Below are positions 29,090-39,345 of a stretch of DNA of 64,000 nucleotides, piece after piece; the stretch's first letter is position 1, and each line of letters starts with the position of its first letter. Source of the stretch: a virus. Taxonomy: Duplodnaviria; Caudoviricetes. The translations under genes and the position numbers were made by a program. The notes under the pieces were generated by a model. The model had not been told where the DNA came from and did not search any database. It saw nothing but the letters and a program-made list of their open reading frames with translations. The stretch lies in IMG/VR virus record IMGVR_UViG_3300028832_000100; one strand, written 5' to 3'.

Positions 29090-29416
29090 TCTGAAATATG
29101 AACAAAATATGAATGAAATTTTCAAAATGTTAAAAAATCGCTTTAATAACTAGATACTATCTATATATACAATTATTTTTACTAGATATTATATAATATA
29201 TATTATAATATATTTATTATTTACTAGTATATGCGTACACAAGAAATTTGTGAACAAATTGTGAACAAATTATTAAAAATCTATGAATAGTGAACATTCT
29301 ATTACAAATTTGTGAATAAATTATTAACAGTCCGTTATGAACAGATTTCTAAATTGTGAACAAATTATGAATAATATATGAAAAATTTATGAATCATGAA
29401 CAAATTGTGAACAAAA
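29090..29416. repeat. Cluster of (T/A)TGAACA / TTGTGAACAAA direct repeats around an AT-rich core
   Basis: Roughly a dozen or more degenerate copies, often 10-11 bp apart (e.g. TTGTGAACAAATTGTGAACAAAT). Confidence 0.75.
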
Positions 29417-29947
29417 TTAAACTCTGTATATACTCTCGATTGCTTTTAGATCCGCTTTTATAAGGTTAAGCAATCGTACACAATTCGTAAGGTCATAGTT
29501 TTTGAAATAAAGACTTAACACCATACTGATCTCATCTGCTCTTGCATGTCTTAAAAACATTTGTCTGTTGGATGCCTTCTTACTGAAAAGAAGTATCTGT
29601 AAGAGCATTGAAGAAAGTGTTGTTAATATTTCTTCTGGTGATGAATCTTCCTTTACAATATTTCCATAAAGTTTTGATTTTTTACTGTTATAACTTTTTC
29701 TTATCTTTTTATAAAATTCAGTTACATCTAACTGTCTGTTGTCATTTATAAATTTCAGACAACTCAAATCAACATCTCTGCTAACAACGGCTCTTGACAG
29801 AACTTCTTTTGTGTCAATTCCTTTATCAGCAAGATCTTTAAGCAACAATAAACAATCTGACTTTGTAATCATATCTATATTTCTCCATTTCGCATTGCAA
29901 ACTTGGTTTTTCATTTTAATAACTACCACAGACAGCAAATTTGCCAC
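29417..29947 (-). CDS. Hypothetical protein (probable start MITKSD near 29872)
   Basis: ORF between portal and protease; SD GGAG before the internal ATG. Confidence 0.55.
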   Translation of the reverse strand: MANLLSVVVIKMKNQVCNAKWRNIDMITKSDCLLLLKDLADKGIDTKEVLSRAVVSRDVDLSCLKFINDNRQLDVTEFYKKIRKSYNSKKSKLYGNIVKEDSSPEEILTTLSSMLLQILLFSKKASNRQMFLRHARADEISMVLSLYFKNYDLTNCVRLLNLIKADLKAIESIYRV

Positions 29948-30010
29948 CCTGTTGGCATTTTCTTGTGTTGGGGGTACAAGTATGTACCCCCAATCATTTA
30001 ATCGCTAAAA

Positions 30011-31990
30011 TCAGCCAAATTCAGGGCTGTTATTATTGGTGAAGTCAATACCTATTTCTTCTCCGCTTGGAAGAATGGTTTCTTCTGCTGAAACAGTAGG
30101 TTCTTCAGCCGTGCTTGCTTCTTGTGGCTCTGTTTCTTCCGGAGTCACACCACCACCTATTTCATCTGCAAGACTCATTGGAGCGGATTCTTCATTATCA
30201 AGACCAAGACCCTCTTCATCTCCAATTTCATCTTGAGGTGTTTCATTTTCTTGTTGTGGGTTTTCTTCTTCCTGCTTTTCTAATTTGTCTATCTGTTCTT
30301 GAATAAGCGAAATAACTTCATCATCCACCATTGCAGTAGAAAGAAGTGCTTTCACAATATTCAGTTTTATAGCAGGATCTTCAATATCACTAACAAGATC
30401 AACTGTATCTCTAATGACACCCAACCTACTTGACATATTTTCTCTTCTATCAAGTTCTTCTTGTGTAATAGGAGGCATCATTCTAATTTGGAACTTGTTG
30501 ATATAATTATCCATTTCTTTATCAAGAAGCATAAGATTTACCATGTCGGTTAATGCTTGAATCATTGCATTTTGCAAAGATTTAACAGTTTTTGCATATC
30601 TTGAAGAAAGAATGGTCAAAGATGCACCGCCATTAAATCCGGCACCATCTTCGGTAAATCCAAAATACTGTTTGAGAACCGACAGAGATCCAAAAAGTCT
30701 ATCTCTGAAATATTCAATGTCAATCAGATTTTTAGGATCATATTCACCACCAATATTTTGAATATTGATAGCACCAACATTGTTCTTTGTAGTCCAATAA
30801 ACATTATTGTCAATAGGACCTGCATTTGTATACTCTTGTAAATACTTTCCTGTGTTAAGAGCGGTTTTCTGCTCTAACATATTCTTCAAACGAATAAGGA
30901 GCGGTTGAGCCGTTTCTTTTGGCATCGATCCAACATCAACAGTAATCAGCTTGATTAGCTGTGACTTTGTAACACGGTTGAGCATAAGAGAGTTTTCAAG
31001 CAACGAAAGAGTTCTCCATGCAGGATAGGCATCGTAAAGAATTGATTTTCCTCGCTTTACAATATAACTTGCATTAGCTTCTGGATTGTCAGTATCTTCC
31101 AAGAAAATCTTTACTTCTTCAGGAACACGACTGCTATCATAATCAAGACAAGCATGAACAAAATCCGTTGCTTCATGTACTGTCACATCCGACTTCTTAA
31201 ACCCGTATCTCATTTGGTTTGATAAAACAGGGTTATCGTTCTTATAAACAGAGGTAGAAACATCTGCTTTAATAAAGCCACAAGTCTTACCAAAACGATC
31301 CAATTCAAACATTTCTGCCGGATTTGGAACAAGTTCTACATAGTGACTATAATGGTCTTCTTTTGAGTATGCTTTTATTCTTACATCCTCATTAAGATTT
31401 TTCTTTTTCTTTCTTTCTTCCTCTTTTTGAAGTTCTACAAAAGCATTGAAAGAATCTAATTCATCTTCTTTGTTTATGCTCTTGAATAGAGGATCTTCAT
31501 GGTCGGATTCTCTATAAAGTCGAAGATAAGCATCTCCATATTTACAAAGATTTATTATCCACTTTGTAACAAACTTATCTACATTGATTGTATCAAGCAA
31601 ATAGGAAACCATCTTTGCACAATTTGCATCAGACGATTCTGCCCACACAATTTTTCCTTGATCGTTCGGTTCTGTTGCATCTTCTGCATAAGTACGAACA
31701 ATGGAAGCAATAATTGGATCTTCGCACATTGTATCGAGCATTTGATACAGTTGATCTCGTCTTTGAGAAAGTTGGGTGAAAGATTGTAGAGCACCAGTAT
31801 CAAGCTTTCCACCCTCGTTAGCAATAATAATGTCATTGAAAAAATCACTGTCTAAATCTACACCAATATTTATTGGGTCAGTAGGTTCTGTTACAATCTT
31901 TTTCCCATAAATATTTTGATTTTCATTTTCAATATCATCTTGCTTATTTAGTTGTTTTTGTTCAAATTCAACATTTATGTTTGAGTCCAT
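30011..31990 (-). CDS. Portal protein (gp20-like)
   Basis: CKYGDAYL, YGKSIL-like RGKSIL, LLENSLMLNRV, VDVGSMP, DIEYFRDRL. Confidence 0.9.
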   Translation of the reverse strand: MDSNINVEFEQKQLNKQDDIENENQNIYGKKIVTEPTDPINIGVDLDSDFFNDIIIANEGGKLDTGALQSFTQLSQRRDQLYQMLDTMCEDPIIASIVRTYAEDATEPNDQGKIVWAESSDANCAKMVSYLLDTINVDKFVTKWIINLCKYGDAYLRLYRESDHEDPLFKSINKEDELDSFNAFVELQKEEERKKKKNLNEDVRIKAYSKEDHYSHYVELVPNPAEMFELDRFGKTCGFIKADVSTSVYKNDNPVLSNQMRYGFKKSDVTVHEATDFVHACLDYDSSRVPEEVKIFLEDTDNPEANASYIVKRGKSILYDAYPAWRTLSLLENSLMLNRVTKSQLIKLITVDVGSMPKETAQPLLIRLKNMLEQKTALNTGKYLQEYTNAGPIDNNVYWTTKNNVGAINIQNIGGEYDPKNLIDIEYFRDRLFGSLSVLKQYFGFTEDGAGFNGGASLTILSSRYAKTVKSLQNAMIQALTDMVNLMLLDKEMDNYINKFQIRMMPPITQEELDRRENMSSRLGVIRDTVDLVSDIEDPAIKLNIVKALLSTAMVDDEVISLIQEQIDKLEKQEEENPQQENETPQDEIGDEEGLGLDNEESAPMSLADEIGGGVTPEETEPQEASTAEEPTVSAEETILPSGEEIGIDFTNNNSPEFG

Positions 31991-32024
31991 TCAAAATACC
32001 CCCATACATAATATATATACAATA

Positions 32025-34097
32025 TCACCAAACGAAAATTCCATCACTTCCGAATGTTGTTTGAACAGGTTGTGCAATACCCATTCCAAAATCAGTAAAA
32101 TTAGAATTATTATTATTCTTATTCCTATTACTGTCTTGTTTGAATTTACTCATTGGATCATTCAATCTTATAAGTTCTCTTTCAAAAGCAGCATTTATGT
32201 CTTCTTGGGTTAAAATTGATTTACTCTCACTTATTCCAATAGAAAGATCCATGTTCTCTCCATAGTTATAAGCAAATTCATCACCATTTTTAGAAGCATT
32301 CCACAATGCACCAACAACAGAGTCAATTGCGTCTTTGCTCCCCTTGGTACCGGAATCTTGATGATTTATGTGACCGTCTGACTGCCTTTCAAGACCTAAT
32401 ACTTCTTCCGTCAGAAAGGGGCAATCATCATAAACTTCAAGTCTTCTTTCATATAATGTAGATTTGAAATAAGCATAAGGCAAGCATTGCTTTGTTTCAG
32501 AATCCAATCGGTCAACAGATATTATACTGGAATTGAAATTATCTGCCAACAACTGTTGCTGTAACTGTGCACTCTGGTATGTGTCGCTTGAAACACCAAC
32601 AACATTAAATCCTTGCTCTCTTAGCCATCTTACAAAAGATCTGTTTTTATCAAAACTTATTTCATACCCTTTTGGAGCAGCAACGCTTACAGTAAAAGCA
32701 ACTCTAAAAAACAATTCTCTTGAAGTTTCTTCTCCGTCTACCTTGGGCTTTTTACCCGTTATATACACACCACCAATACCTGTTTTGTCACCAGATTTTG
32801 ACATATCAAGGTGAATAAATAATGGTAGTGATTTCATCTTGTCAGTAACTTTACTTAAATCAAAGAAATCATAGTATTGAACTAAATCATCTTTTGCATT
32901 ACCAACTGTTATAATTTCTTTTGTAAATGGATTTTTATAAGAATTATTCTTAATCTCATTCCATCTAACACCAGAAATAAATTTCAATGTGGATGCCGTT
33001 GCAATACCGGCAATATCCATCAATGCACCATCTATATTTTCAAAGAAGTTATCCCAATACCCTATTGGCACAGGTAAGATAGAATATCCCCTCGCTCTGT
33101 ATTCATTAATTAATTCATCACTACATTTTCTTGGTAGCACTTCATTAGCCAAAAATTTATTTCCGATTGCAACATAGAATTTTTCTTTGCTGTCTTTTCT
33201 ACTATCTACAATCCATTGTGGCTCATCTACAATCAGTGTCTTGCTATTTTCATTCTTTTTCTTTGTTTCTATATAATCTTCCAAAAAAGACTGCTCATTA
33301 TTTTTTGAAGAAACAATAATATTCAATGTTGGTAAATATGTTTCATCTCCGCGCTGTCTCATATATCTTGATTTCATACGAGCGTCAATTTGTGAAACAA
33401 GTTGCTTATATTTTTTCTTCAATTTTTCAGTGTCATTGGTTAATCCCCAGTTCACTTCATCACTTAGATTTCCGAATAGGGCACGACCAATGACTTGATT
33501 ATTACTTGAAGCAACAATCAATTCAATATGTTTATCTGGTACAAACATTAGATTGGTTGATCCTGTCATCTTGCCATGACTCATAAACCACTCGCTTGAC
33601 AGAATCATTTGATTCATCTTATCAAGAGCAACGCCTTTAGCATTCTCTATCGTGATATTCATAAGAGAAATACTTATTTTATCAATCGGTTGCATCCCAT
33701 AATACAAATATGGGTCTTTTAAGCAAAGCAATCTATAAAGCAAATATAATAAACAAACTACTCCAATTAATGTTTTACCTATACCGATAGCACCAGTGAG
33801 TATTAAAGTGTTATATGCCGTTGTTAGATTGTCCGGAAATATTTCTTTTAACTTTTCTTCCCAGTAAGGAAACAATGTAAATCTTCCTTCCGGGTCATAT
33901 AAGCCATTTCCTAAATATTTTTTATCATGTAAGAAAGTAACAACATCAACAGGTATTTCTTCAAAATCAGAATATTTCAAATCATTCATCAATGAAGAAT
34001 TTCCAGTTTCGCTTAATTGCTTTAATATTTCTAATGCGACTTTTTGTTCTTCCTCTGATAAATTTTTTAGTTCTTGTAAATCATTTGTCATAGGCAA
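32025..34097 (-). CDS. terL: Terminase large subunit
   Basis: Walker A TGAIGIGKT, Walker B LSDEVN, nuclease HLDMSKSGD, SKDAID. Confidence 0.92.
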   Translation of the reverse strand: MPMTNDLQELKNLSEEEQKVALEILKQLSETGNSSLMNDLKYSDFEEIPVDVVTFLHDKKYLGNGLYDPEGRFTLFPYWEEKLKEIFPDNLTTAYNTLILTGAIGIGKTLIGVVCLLYLLYRLLCLKDPYLYYGMQPIDKISISLMNITIENAKGVALDKMNQMILSSEWFMSHGKMTGSTNLMFVPDKHIELIVASSNNQVIGRALFGNLSDEVNWGLTNDTEKLKKKYKQLVSQIDARMKSRYMRQRGDETYLPTLNIIVSSKNNEQSFLEDYIETKKKNENSKTLIVDEPQWIVDSRKDSKEKFYVAIGNKFLANEVLPRKCSDELINEYRARGYSILPVPIGYWDNFFENIDGALMDIAGIATASTLKFISGVRWNEIKNNSYKNPFTKEIITVGNAKDDLVQYYDFFDLSKVTDKMKSLPLFIHLDMSKSGDKTGIGGVYITGKKPKVDGEETSRELFFRVAFTVSVAAPKGYEISFDKNRSFVRWLREQGFNVVGVSSDTYQSAQLQQQLLADNFNSSIISVDRLDSETKQCLPYAYFKSTLYERRLEVYDDCPFLTEEVLGLERQSDGHINHQDSGTKGSKDAIDSVVGALWNASKNGDEFAYNYGENMDLSIGISESKSILTQEDINAAFERELIRLNDPMSKFKQDSNRNKNNNNSNFTDFGMGIAQPVQTTFGSDGIFVW

Positions 34098-34162
34098 CTT
34101 GATTTTCCTTTATATGCAAAACAGGACAAGAAGTGAATCTCGCCCTGTCAGGTCATTTGTTT

Positions 34163-35437
34163 TTAGTCGTTTATATACAGATAGTCAGAAAGTTCATCTA
34201 CTGCTTTTTCTTCAAAACTATCCATAATCTCTTTATAATATTTTTTTGATAAATTTTCTATATTGTCATAAACATAGGAAACTTCATCATATAAACTGTA
34301 TGCTTTTTTTCCTACTTCTCCCCAATCTTCTTCGGTCATAAAATCCATAAGGATATTTACAACATCATCTTCTGTTGTTTCAAGATCCCAATCGTATGTT
34401 TTTTCATCGTAGTTATTGTCAATTTTATCGTAGTGAACAAAAACTTTCCCGTCACCAGAAAAGGTAATCGGCGGGTTTTCATCATCCCACTCTACTCTAT
34501 TCCATTTGTCGTGAAAATCTTCTTCAACATCTGTATCTTTCATATATTTATTTCTGAACATTTTTTCAGCTTCAATATCAAAATCACATTCAAAAGGCTC
34601 TTCTTCTACATCTTCTGCAACAGATTGTTGATTTCCAACCCCATTTCCATGATATTGCATAGAGTTAAAGATTGCGTTACCTATCTCGCAGTTTCCTGCA
34701 TCTTTCTTTACAAAGATTTTTTTATCTTTTACAGATTCCACTGTAAGTTCTTTGTCTTGAATTTCTCTTTTATGATCTTTCAATTTTTCTAACATCCCAT
34801 TATTTCTGAATTCTTTGAATACGAGGTTTCCTTCTCCAAACTCCCCATCGGTGGAAAGTGCGGACTTCCTTAACAAGTAAAGGTCATCTATTGTTTTCTG
34901 AACCTCTTCCGAACTATCAGACTCAATAGCAGAAGTCACTTCCTCAAATTTTTCTTTATATAGTTCGTTTGTGTCTGGATCAAAATCAATATCAATATTT
35001 ATCTTCTCTGGGAATTTAACCCATTCATTATTCATTAGTGAATAAATACCATTCGTAATTGCAGAAGAACTTCTGCTTTCAATATAAACCTCTACAGGAA
35101 TACCTTTAACTGTAATCTTATGCTTTTTGTTAAAATCAGACTTTGCATAATTATATACAATTGTCAGAAGACCATTGCAATCAATATCATCCATATTTGC
35201 AATAATATGAACATCTATATCACTGTTGTCCGAATAGTTATAAGAAGCATTTGATCCTACAAGCCATAAGTCCATCACTTCAATAGGAATATCATTTTCT
35301 TTAATGTCCTCTATGAAAGTATTTGCAATGTCAATAAGACCTTCTCTTACATCTTCTTTTAACAGATCTTGTTCATCAAATAGTTTTGGATTTAATGTGT
35401 TGTGCGTTTCTAATGACTCATTCAAATTTTCTTCCAT
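34163..35437 (-). CDS. Pol-beta superfamily nucleotidyltransferase with acidic C-terminal modules
   Basis: LVGSNASYNYSDNSDIDVHI and PVEVY. Confidence 0.8.
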   Translation of the reverse strand: MEENLNESLETHNTLNPKLFDEQDLLKEDVREGLIDIANTFIEDIKENDIPIEVMDLWLVGSNASYNYSDNSDIDVHIIANMDDIDCNGLLTIVYNYAKSDFNKKHKITVKGIPVEVYIESRSSSAITNGIYSLMNNEWVKFPEKINIDIDFDPDTNELYKEKFEEVTSAIESDSSEEVQKTIDDLYLLRKSALSTDGEFGEGNLVFKEFRNNGMLEKLKDHKREIQDKELTVESVKDKKIFVKKDAGNCEIGNAIFNSMQYHGNGVGNQQSVAEDVEEEPFECDFDIEAEKMFRNKYMKDTDVEEDFHDKWNRVEWDDENPPITFSGDGKVFVHYDKIDNNYDEKTYDWDLETTEDDVVNILMDFMTEEDWGEVGKKAYSLYDEVSYVYDNIENLSKKYYKEIMDSFEEKAVDELSDYLYIND

Positions 35438-35469
35438 TCTGTTGTCTGATATACTCCTTTTTGAAATAA

Positions 35470-35626
35470 GTCAACTACCAACTACCTAAAGATAGATTGG
35501 CTTGCAACATGGTTGCAATTTTTCTCGCTCAATGCACCTAATGGCGCAAGTATCAACGAGCTATCCCCACCGTTGCAGTGGTTCTCTGGCGACTAAAGTC
35601 ACCAGATATCTTTGTTGAGGTTATAT
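35470..35626 (-). mobile_element. Non-autonomous IS200/IS605-like element / TnpB omegaRNA-like RNA, copy 1
   Basis: 157-bp repeat; left hairpin TGGTGACTTTAGTCGCCA, internal GGGGATAGCTCG...CGAG, right hairpin ending TTTAGGTAGTTGGTAGTTGAC. Confidence 0.7.
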
Positions 35627-35644
35627 AGACATAATGTTATTCTT

Positions 35645-35680
35645 ATATTAGGCTGTGAGTGTTTCATCACAGCCTAATAT
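35645..35680 (-). terminator. Strong intergenic hairpin
   Basis: ATATTAGGCTGTGA...TCACAGCCTAATAT inverted repeat. Confidence 0.55.
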
Positions 35681-35688
35681 TCTGTTTC

Positions 35689-36171
35689 TTATCTTTGATA
35701 TACTCCAACCCTACCGGCTGAATGAAATGTAGCTGACCAAGTTGGTGATCCTCCGGAGTATGACACTGTTTGTGATGAAACATCCCCATCTTGATTGCTA
35801 AAGGTGGATTCTGACATAGATTGAATTCTTGGTTCAGCAAAATCTAAGGTGATAGAAGCTTCTAAACCCGGTATAATCTGCACACTTCCTAAAAATACAG
35901 GATCTTCACCCCCTGCCGAATCAAAAGAGAAGGATTGATCTTCCTGCCCCTGTTGTTGCACAATTATTCTTCCATCTGGTACATTAGATTGTTCATCTGT
36001 AAAGAATTTTATAGAAATCTTTGCGTTAGACAGAACGGTATTAAGTGCTTGCTTTTGTGTTTGAAGTGCTTCTACCTGTTCCTCTGTAGTAGCAGCCTGT
36101 TCTTTAAGACCACTGAGAAGATCAGCCATATTTTTTGTAAGTGATCCATTATTCTTCTTTGTTATAGCCAT
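35689..36171 (-). CDS. Hypothetical protein, paralog A
   Basis: Collinear with 36193..36678 (MAI-x-KK...GRV-x-x-YQ). Confidence 0.65.
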   Translation of the reverse strand: MAITKKNNGSLTKNMADLLSGLKEQAATTEEQVEALQTQKQALNTVLSNAKISIKFFTDEQSNVPDGRIIVQQQGQEDQSFSFDSAGGEDPVFLGSVQIIPGLEASITLDFAEPRIQSMSESTFSNQDGDVSSQTVSYSGGSPTWSATFHSAGRVGVYQR

Positions 36172-36192
36172 TTTTACTTACCTCACAATGAA

Positions 36193-36678
36193 TCAAATTT
36201 GGTATATTGAAACTCTACCATTTGAGTTAATGGTGGTTGCCCATGTTGGTTCGGATCCAGTGAACTCTACCATCTGAAAATCTACGTCTCCAGTTATTTC
36301 TTCGTAGATGCTTTCCTCGACTGCGCCTACTCTACTATCTTGAAAGTCAATTGTAAAGCTAAATGGTTGTCCGCACACAACAGACACAGAACCAAGGACA
36401 CTAAACGGGTCCTGACCGGTGGTTAAGGGGAAAGAAATTGTTTGATCTTCTTGACTCTCTTGACTTACTGTAATTTGACCTTCAGGAACGGATCTGCCAT
36501 CCTCAACGGCAAATATAACACTTACTTTTGCATTGGAAACGGTTGTGCTAAGGGCTTGCACTTCTTCTGTTAATGTTTCTACCTGTTGTTCTGCGGTAGA
36601 AGCTTCTTCTTTAAGACTGAAAATAAGGTCTGCTGTGTTTTTGTTAATAGGACCGCCACATTTTTTAATAATTGCCAT
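36193..36678 (-). CDS. Hypothetical protein, paralog B
   Basis: Tandem duplicate of 35689..36171. Confidence 0.65.
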   Translation of the reverse strand: MAIIKKCGGPINKNTADLIFSLKEEASTAEQQVETLTEEVQALSTTVSNAKVSVIFAVEDGRSVPEGQITVSQESQEDQTISFPLTTGQDPFSVLGSVSVVCGQPFSFTIDFQDSRVGAVEESIYEEITGDVDFQMVEFTGSEPTWATTINSNGRVSIYQI

Positions 36679-36690
36679 TTTATTTACCCC

Positions 36691-37014
36691 TCACTTGTTT
36701 AATGCTGATACACCTAATTGCATCAGCAAATCATTCTCTTGTGCTTGACACTTCATTGCTTCATCTAAAGCTGCTTTCATGTCACCATTGCATTTAGCAT
36801 CTGGTATTCTTTGAACTGCTTTTGCTGTTGCTGTTGCTAGTGCGTTTGTAGATCTTTGTGAAGATAGAATTGCAAGAAGAAAACTCTCCACTCTTTTTTC
36901 TCTTGCTTCAATACTTTCCTCTCTTTTGTTTAGTTTCTTATTGAAAAATACCATAAACAAAGAAACAAGGAGAGAAGGAACTCCTGCTGAACATAATACT
37001 TGCCACCACGACAT
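36691..37014 (-). CDS. Holin-like single-pass membrane protein
   Basis: N-terminal TM helix, coiled segment, CNGDM motif. Confidence 0.5.
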   Translation of the reverse strand: MSWWQVLCSAGVPSLLVSLFMVFFNKKLNKREESIEAREKRVESFLLAILSSQRSTNALATATAKAVQRIPDAKCNGDMKAALDEAMKCQAQENDLLMQLGVSALNK

Positions 37015-37052
37015 TTTTGGTTTACATCACCTTTCTGTTTATTAAATAGTTT

Positions 37053-37209
37053 GTCAACTACCAACTACCTAAGGGTAGATTGGCTTCCAAATTTGTTGCA
37101 ATTTTTCTCGCTCAATGCACCTAACGGTGCAAGTATCAACGAGCTATCCCCACCGTTGCAGTGGTTCTCTGACGACTAAAGTCACCAGATATCTTTTTTG
37201 AGGTTATAT
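37053..37209 (-). mobile_element. Non-autonomous IS200/IS605-like element / omegaRNA-like RNA, copy 2
   Basis: Same length as and near-identical to 35470..35626, with unrelated flanks. Confidence 0.7.
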
Positions 37210-37236
37210 GTTAAAGAGTTTTGACTCTGTTGTTTT

Positions 37237-39345
37237 TTATGAAGTAGCGGTACATCTGCAGTATATCTCGTTCCCGTTCCCGACCGTTATAGGGTTTGTT
37301 TGGGTCTTTGCATCTGCGATTGTGGCATACCACACAGCGTTGTAAGTTCCGGAAGTATCCGTTGTTGGAAGTGCATCACCTACTGGATATGTTGCAAATC
37401 CTATTTTATATGCCATTGACGAAAACGGTGATCCGGTATAGTTTGCAAACGATTGAAAAGGTAATAAATATGCACACCCGCTATCAACACCAGAAAAAGT
37501 ATCTGGAAATACTACAATTGGGTTAGCCCAATTGAATCTCACTATTTGTAAGCCATAGCAGTATTCAAATTGTCTATTACCAGTAACTGTACCCATGCTG
37601 GTTACTGAACTTGGAATATTTATTGAATATAGATTTGTGCAGTTAGAAAAAGCTTGTGTTCCTATAGAAGTTAGCCCGTCTGGAAGTTCTATGTTTGTCA
37701 ACGAAATGCAGTTCGTGAAAGCACCTTGTCCGATAATCCGTAGTGATTGTGGTAGATGTATCGAATGCAGTTTTAAGCAATCGTAAAAGGTATTTTGTTG
37801 AATAAAATCAATGCCTGTACCGAGCGTTACCTCCTCCAGTGAAGTATTTCCATAAAATGTGCTCGGAAGTATGGATGTTGTGTTGTTTGTAATTGACACA
37901 CTTCTTATCTTTCTGCTATTTGTAAAAGCAGCCGGAAGAGATGTTACCCCACTCGGAACTTGTATATCTGCACTTATATTTGTTCCATTGAATGAACTCG
38001 ACTCTATATTTGTGCATCCACTATTTATTGAGAAATTATCTACACCATCTAACGGGCAACCCTGCAGACATGAAGTACCAAAATTTGTGATATTATTTAA
38101 TCCAACAATGTTGGAAAGTTGTGTGCAACCTGAAAACATACCGGTTGGCAAAACAGAGGTTAACGGCTTTAATACAGCATATATTAGAGATGTGCATGAA
38201 CTGAAAGCGTTACTACCGTAAGTGGTGGATTGATAAGTAGACACATAGAATAAACAAGAACTTCTAAGTGATCTACAACCTGAGGCAATGCCTGTCGCTA
38301 ATCCTTGTGCAGATACCCTTGACGAAAATGTTATATATTTTAGGTTTATACATCTACTGAAGCAGTAAGACGAGTACATATCGACCCAGTTATCTGTCCC
38401 AATGGAAACATATTTCACCCCGCTGTTATAAAAGCAATATTCCGCTATACGACCTGTTTGTCTCTTGCATACAAATGCTTTCAATGCATAACAATTATAA
38501 AAGGTATTTTTAGGAGTTGCTGTGCTGTCATACTGTGGACAAATAACCTCGCTTACACTTACTGCATTGGCAAGTCCATAGTCACTATAGTAAATATATT
38601 GTCCGAAATAGACTTTTTTCAGAGATGATAAATAAACAGAGTTTGCATCCGTGTCTCCAGAATACCTGGTGAACAGACCACATCTATGTCCACTACTAGA
38701 TAAAGACACTGCACCGTTCAGAATCTTAACAGATATTATATAATCTCCAGTAGAGCTATATTCATGTGTGTTTGAGAATGTAATGCTTGACCCCGTGCTA
38801 TTCTCTATTACTACCTGTTGTGACCCGTCTCCCCAGTCCAAATATCCTTGCGTGTTCGGATATACGTTTAGATAAATTGTCGGTGTTAATGCTTGACTCT
38901 CTGTAAGACTTATATAAAACCTACTTGCTCCATCATCGGTTGTGTATAATTGACCAACCACAACCATAGCATCGGGGCAGTCAGTTAAATAATCTTTTAT
39001 CTCTTGTAATGTCCAGTTCCAACCAAGAGCAGTCAAACCTGTATGAGACGGGTTGGCTGGCAATTCGGTCAGAGCAAGTGCTTGTGCTGTTGTGTATTGG
39101 TACAACTCTGTTCCTTCGTAGTCTATAAAAAGGCAACCAGAATCTTCTGACGAAACATATGCAAGAGAACCTGTTATTTTTTGTCCATTAACATAAGCGG
39201 TTTTTCCAGATAATATATCAGCAGAACTCGCGTTTGCATCACTTGTATCTACAAAATCGACATATTGATCTGTATCGGTATCTATGGCTTCTATTTTTTG
39301 AACATCCGTATATTGAACGCCATCTATGGTTAGATTCTTGCTCAT
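37237..39345 (-). CDS. BspA-type leucine-rich-repeat protein with PKD-like domain; putative tail fibre/adhesin
   Basis: IG-x-x-AF-x-NC-x-x-L repeats; DWGDGS; ADILSGKTAY anchor. Confidence 0.8.
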   Translation of the reverse strand: MSKNLTIDGVQYTDVQKIEAIDTDTDQYVDFVDTSDANASSADILSGKTAYVNGQKITGSLAYVSSEDSGCLFIDYEGTELYQYTTAQALALTELPANPSHTGLTALGWNWTLQEIKDYLTDCPDAMVVVGQLYTTDDGASRFYISLTESQALTPTIYLNVYPNTQGYLDWGDGSQQVVIENSTGSSITFSNTHEYSSTGDYIISVKILNGAVSLSSSGHRCGLFTRYSGDTDANSVYLSSLKKVYFGQYIYYSDYGLANAVSVSEVICPQYDSTATPKNTFYNCYALKAFVCKRQTGRIAEYCFYNSGVKYVSIGTDNWVDMYSSYCFSRCINLKYITFSSRVSAQGLATGIASGCRSLRSSCLFYVSTYQSTTYGSNAFSSCTSLIYAVLKPLTSVLPTGMFSGCTQLSNIVGLNNITNFGTSCLQGCPLDGVDNFSINSGCTNIESSSFNGTNISADIQVPSGVTSLPAAFTNSRKIRSVSITNNTTSILPSTFYGNTSLEEVTLGTGIDFIQQNTFYDCLKLHSIHLPQSLRIIGQGAFTNCISLTNIELPDGLTSIGTQAFSNCTNLYSINIPSSVTSMGTVTGNRQFEYCYGLQIVRFNWANPIVVFPDTFSGVDSGCAYLLPFQSFANYTGSPFSSMAYKIGFATYPVGDALPTTDTSGTYNAVWYATIADAKTQTNPITVGNGNEIYCRCTATS

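Noticed and set aside
29090-29416. CRISPR array
   Set aside because: Repeats are 7-11 bp, degenerate and lack regular unique spacers.
32025-34097. Intein or intron in terminase or portal
   Set aside because: ORFs are continuous, of normal size, and lack intein terminal or LAGLIDADG motifs.
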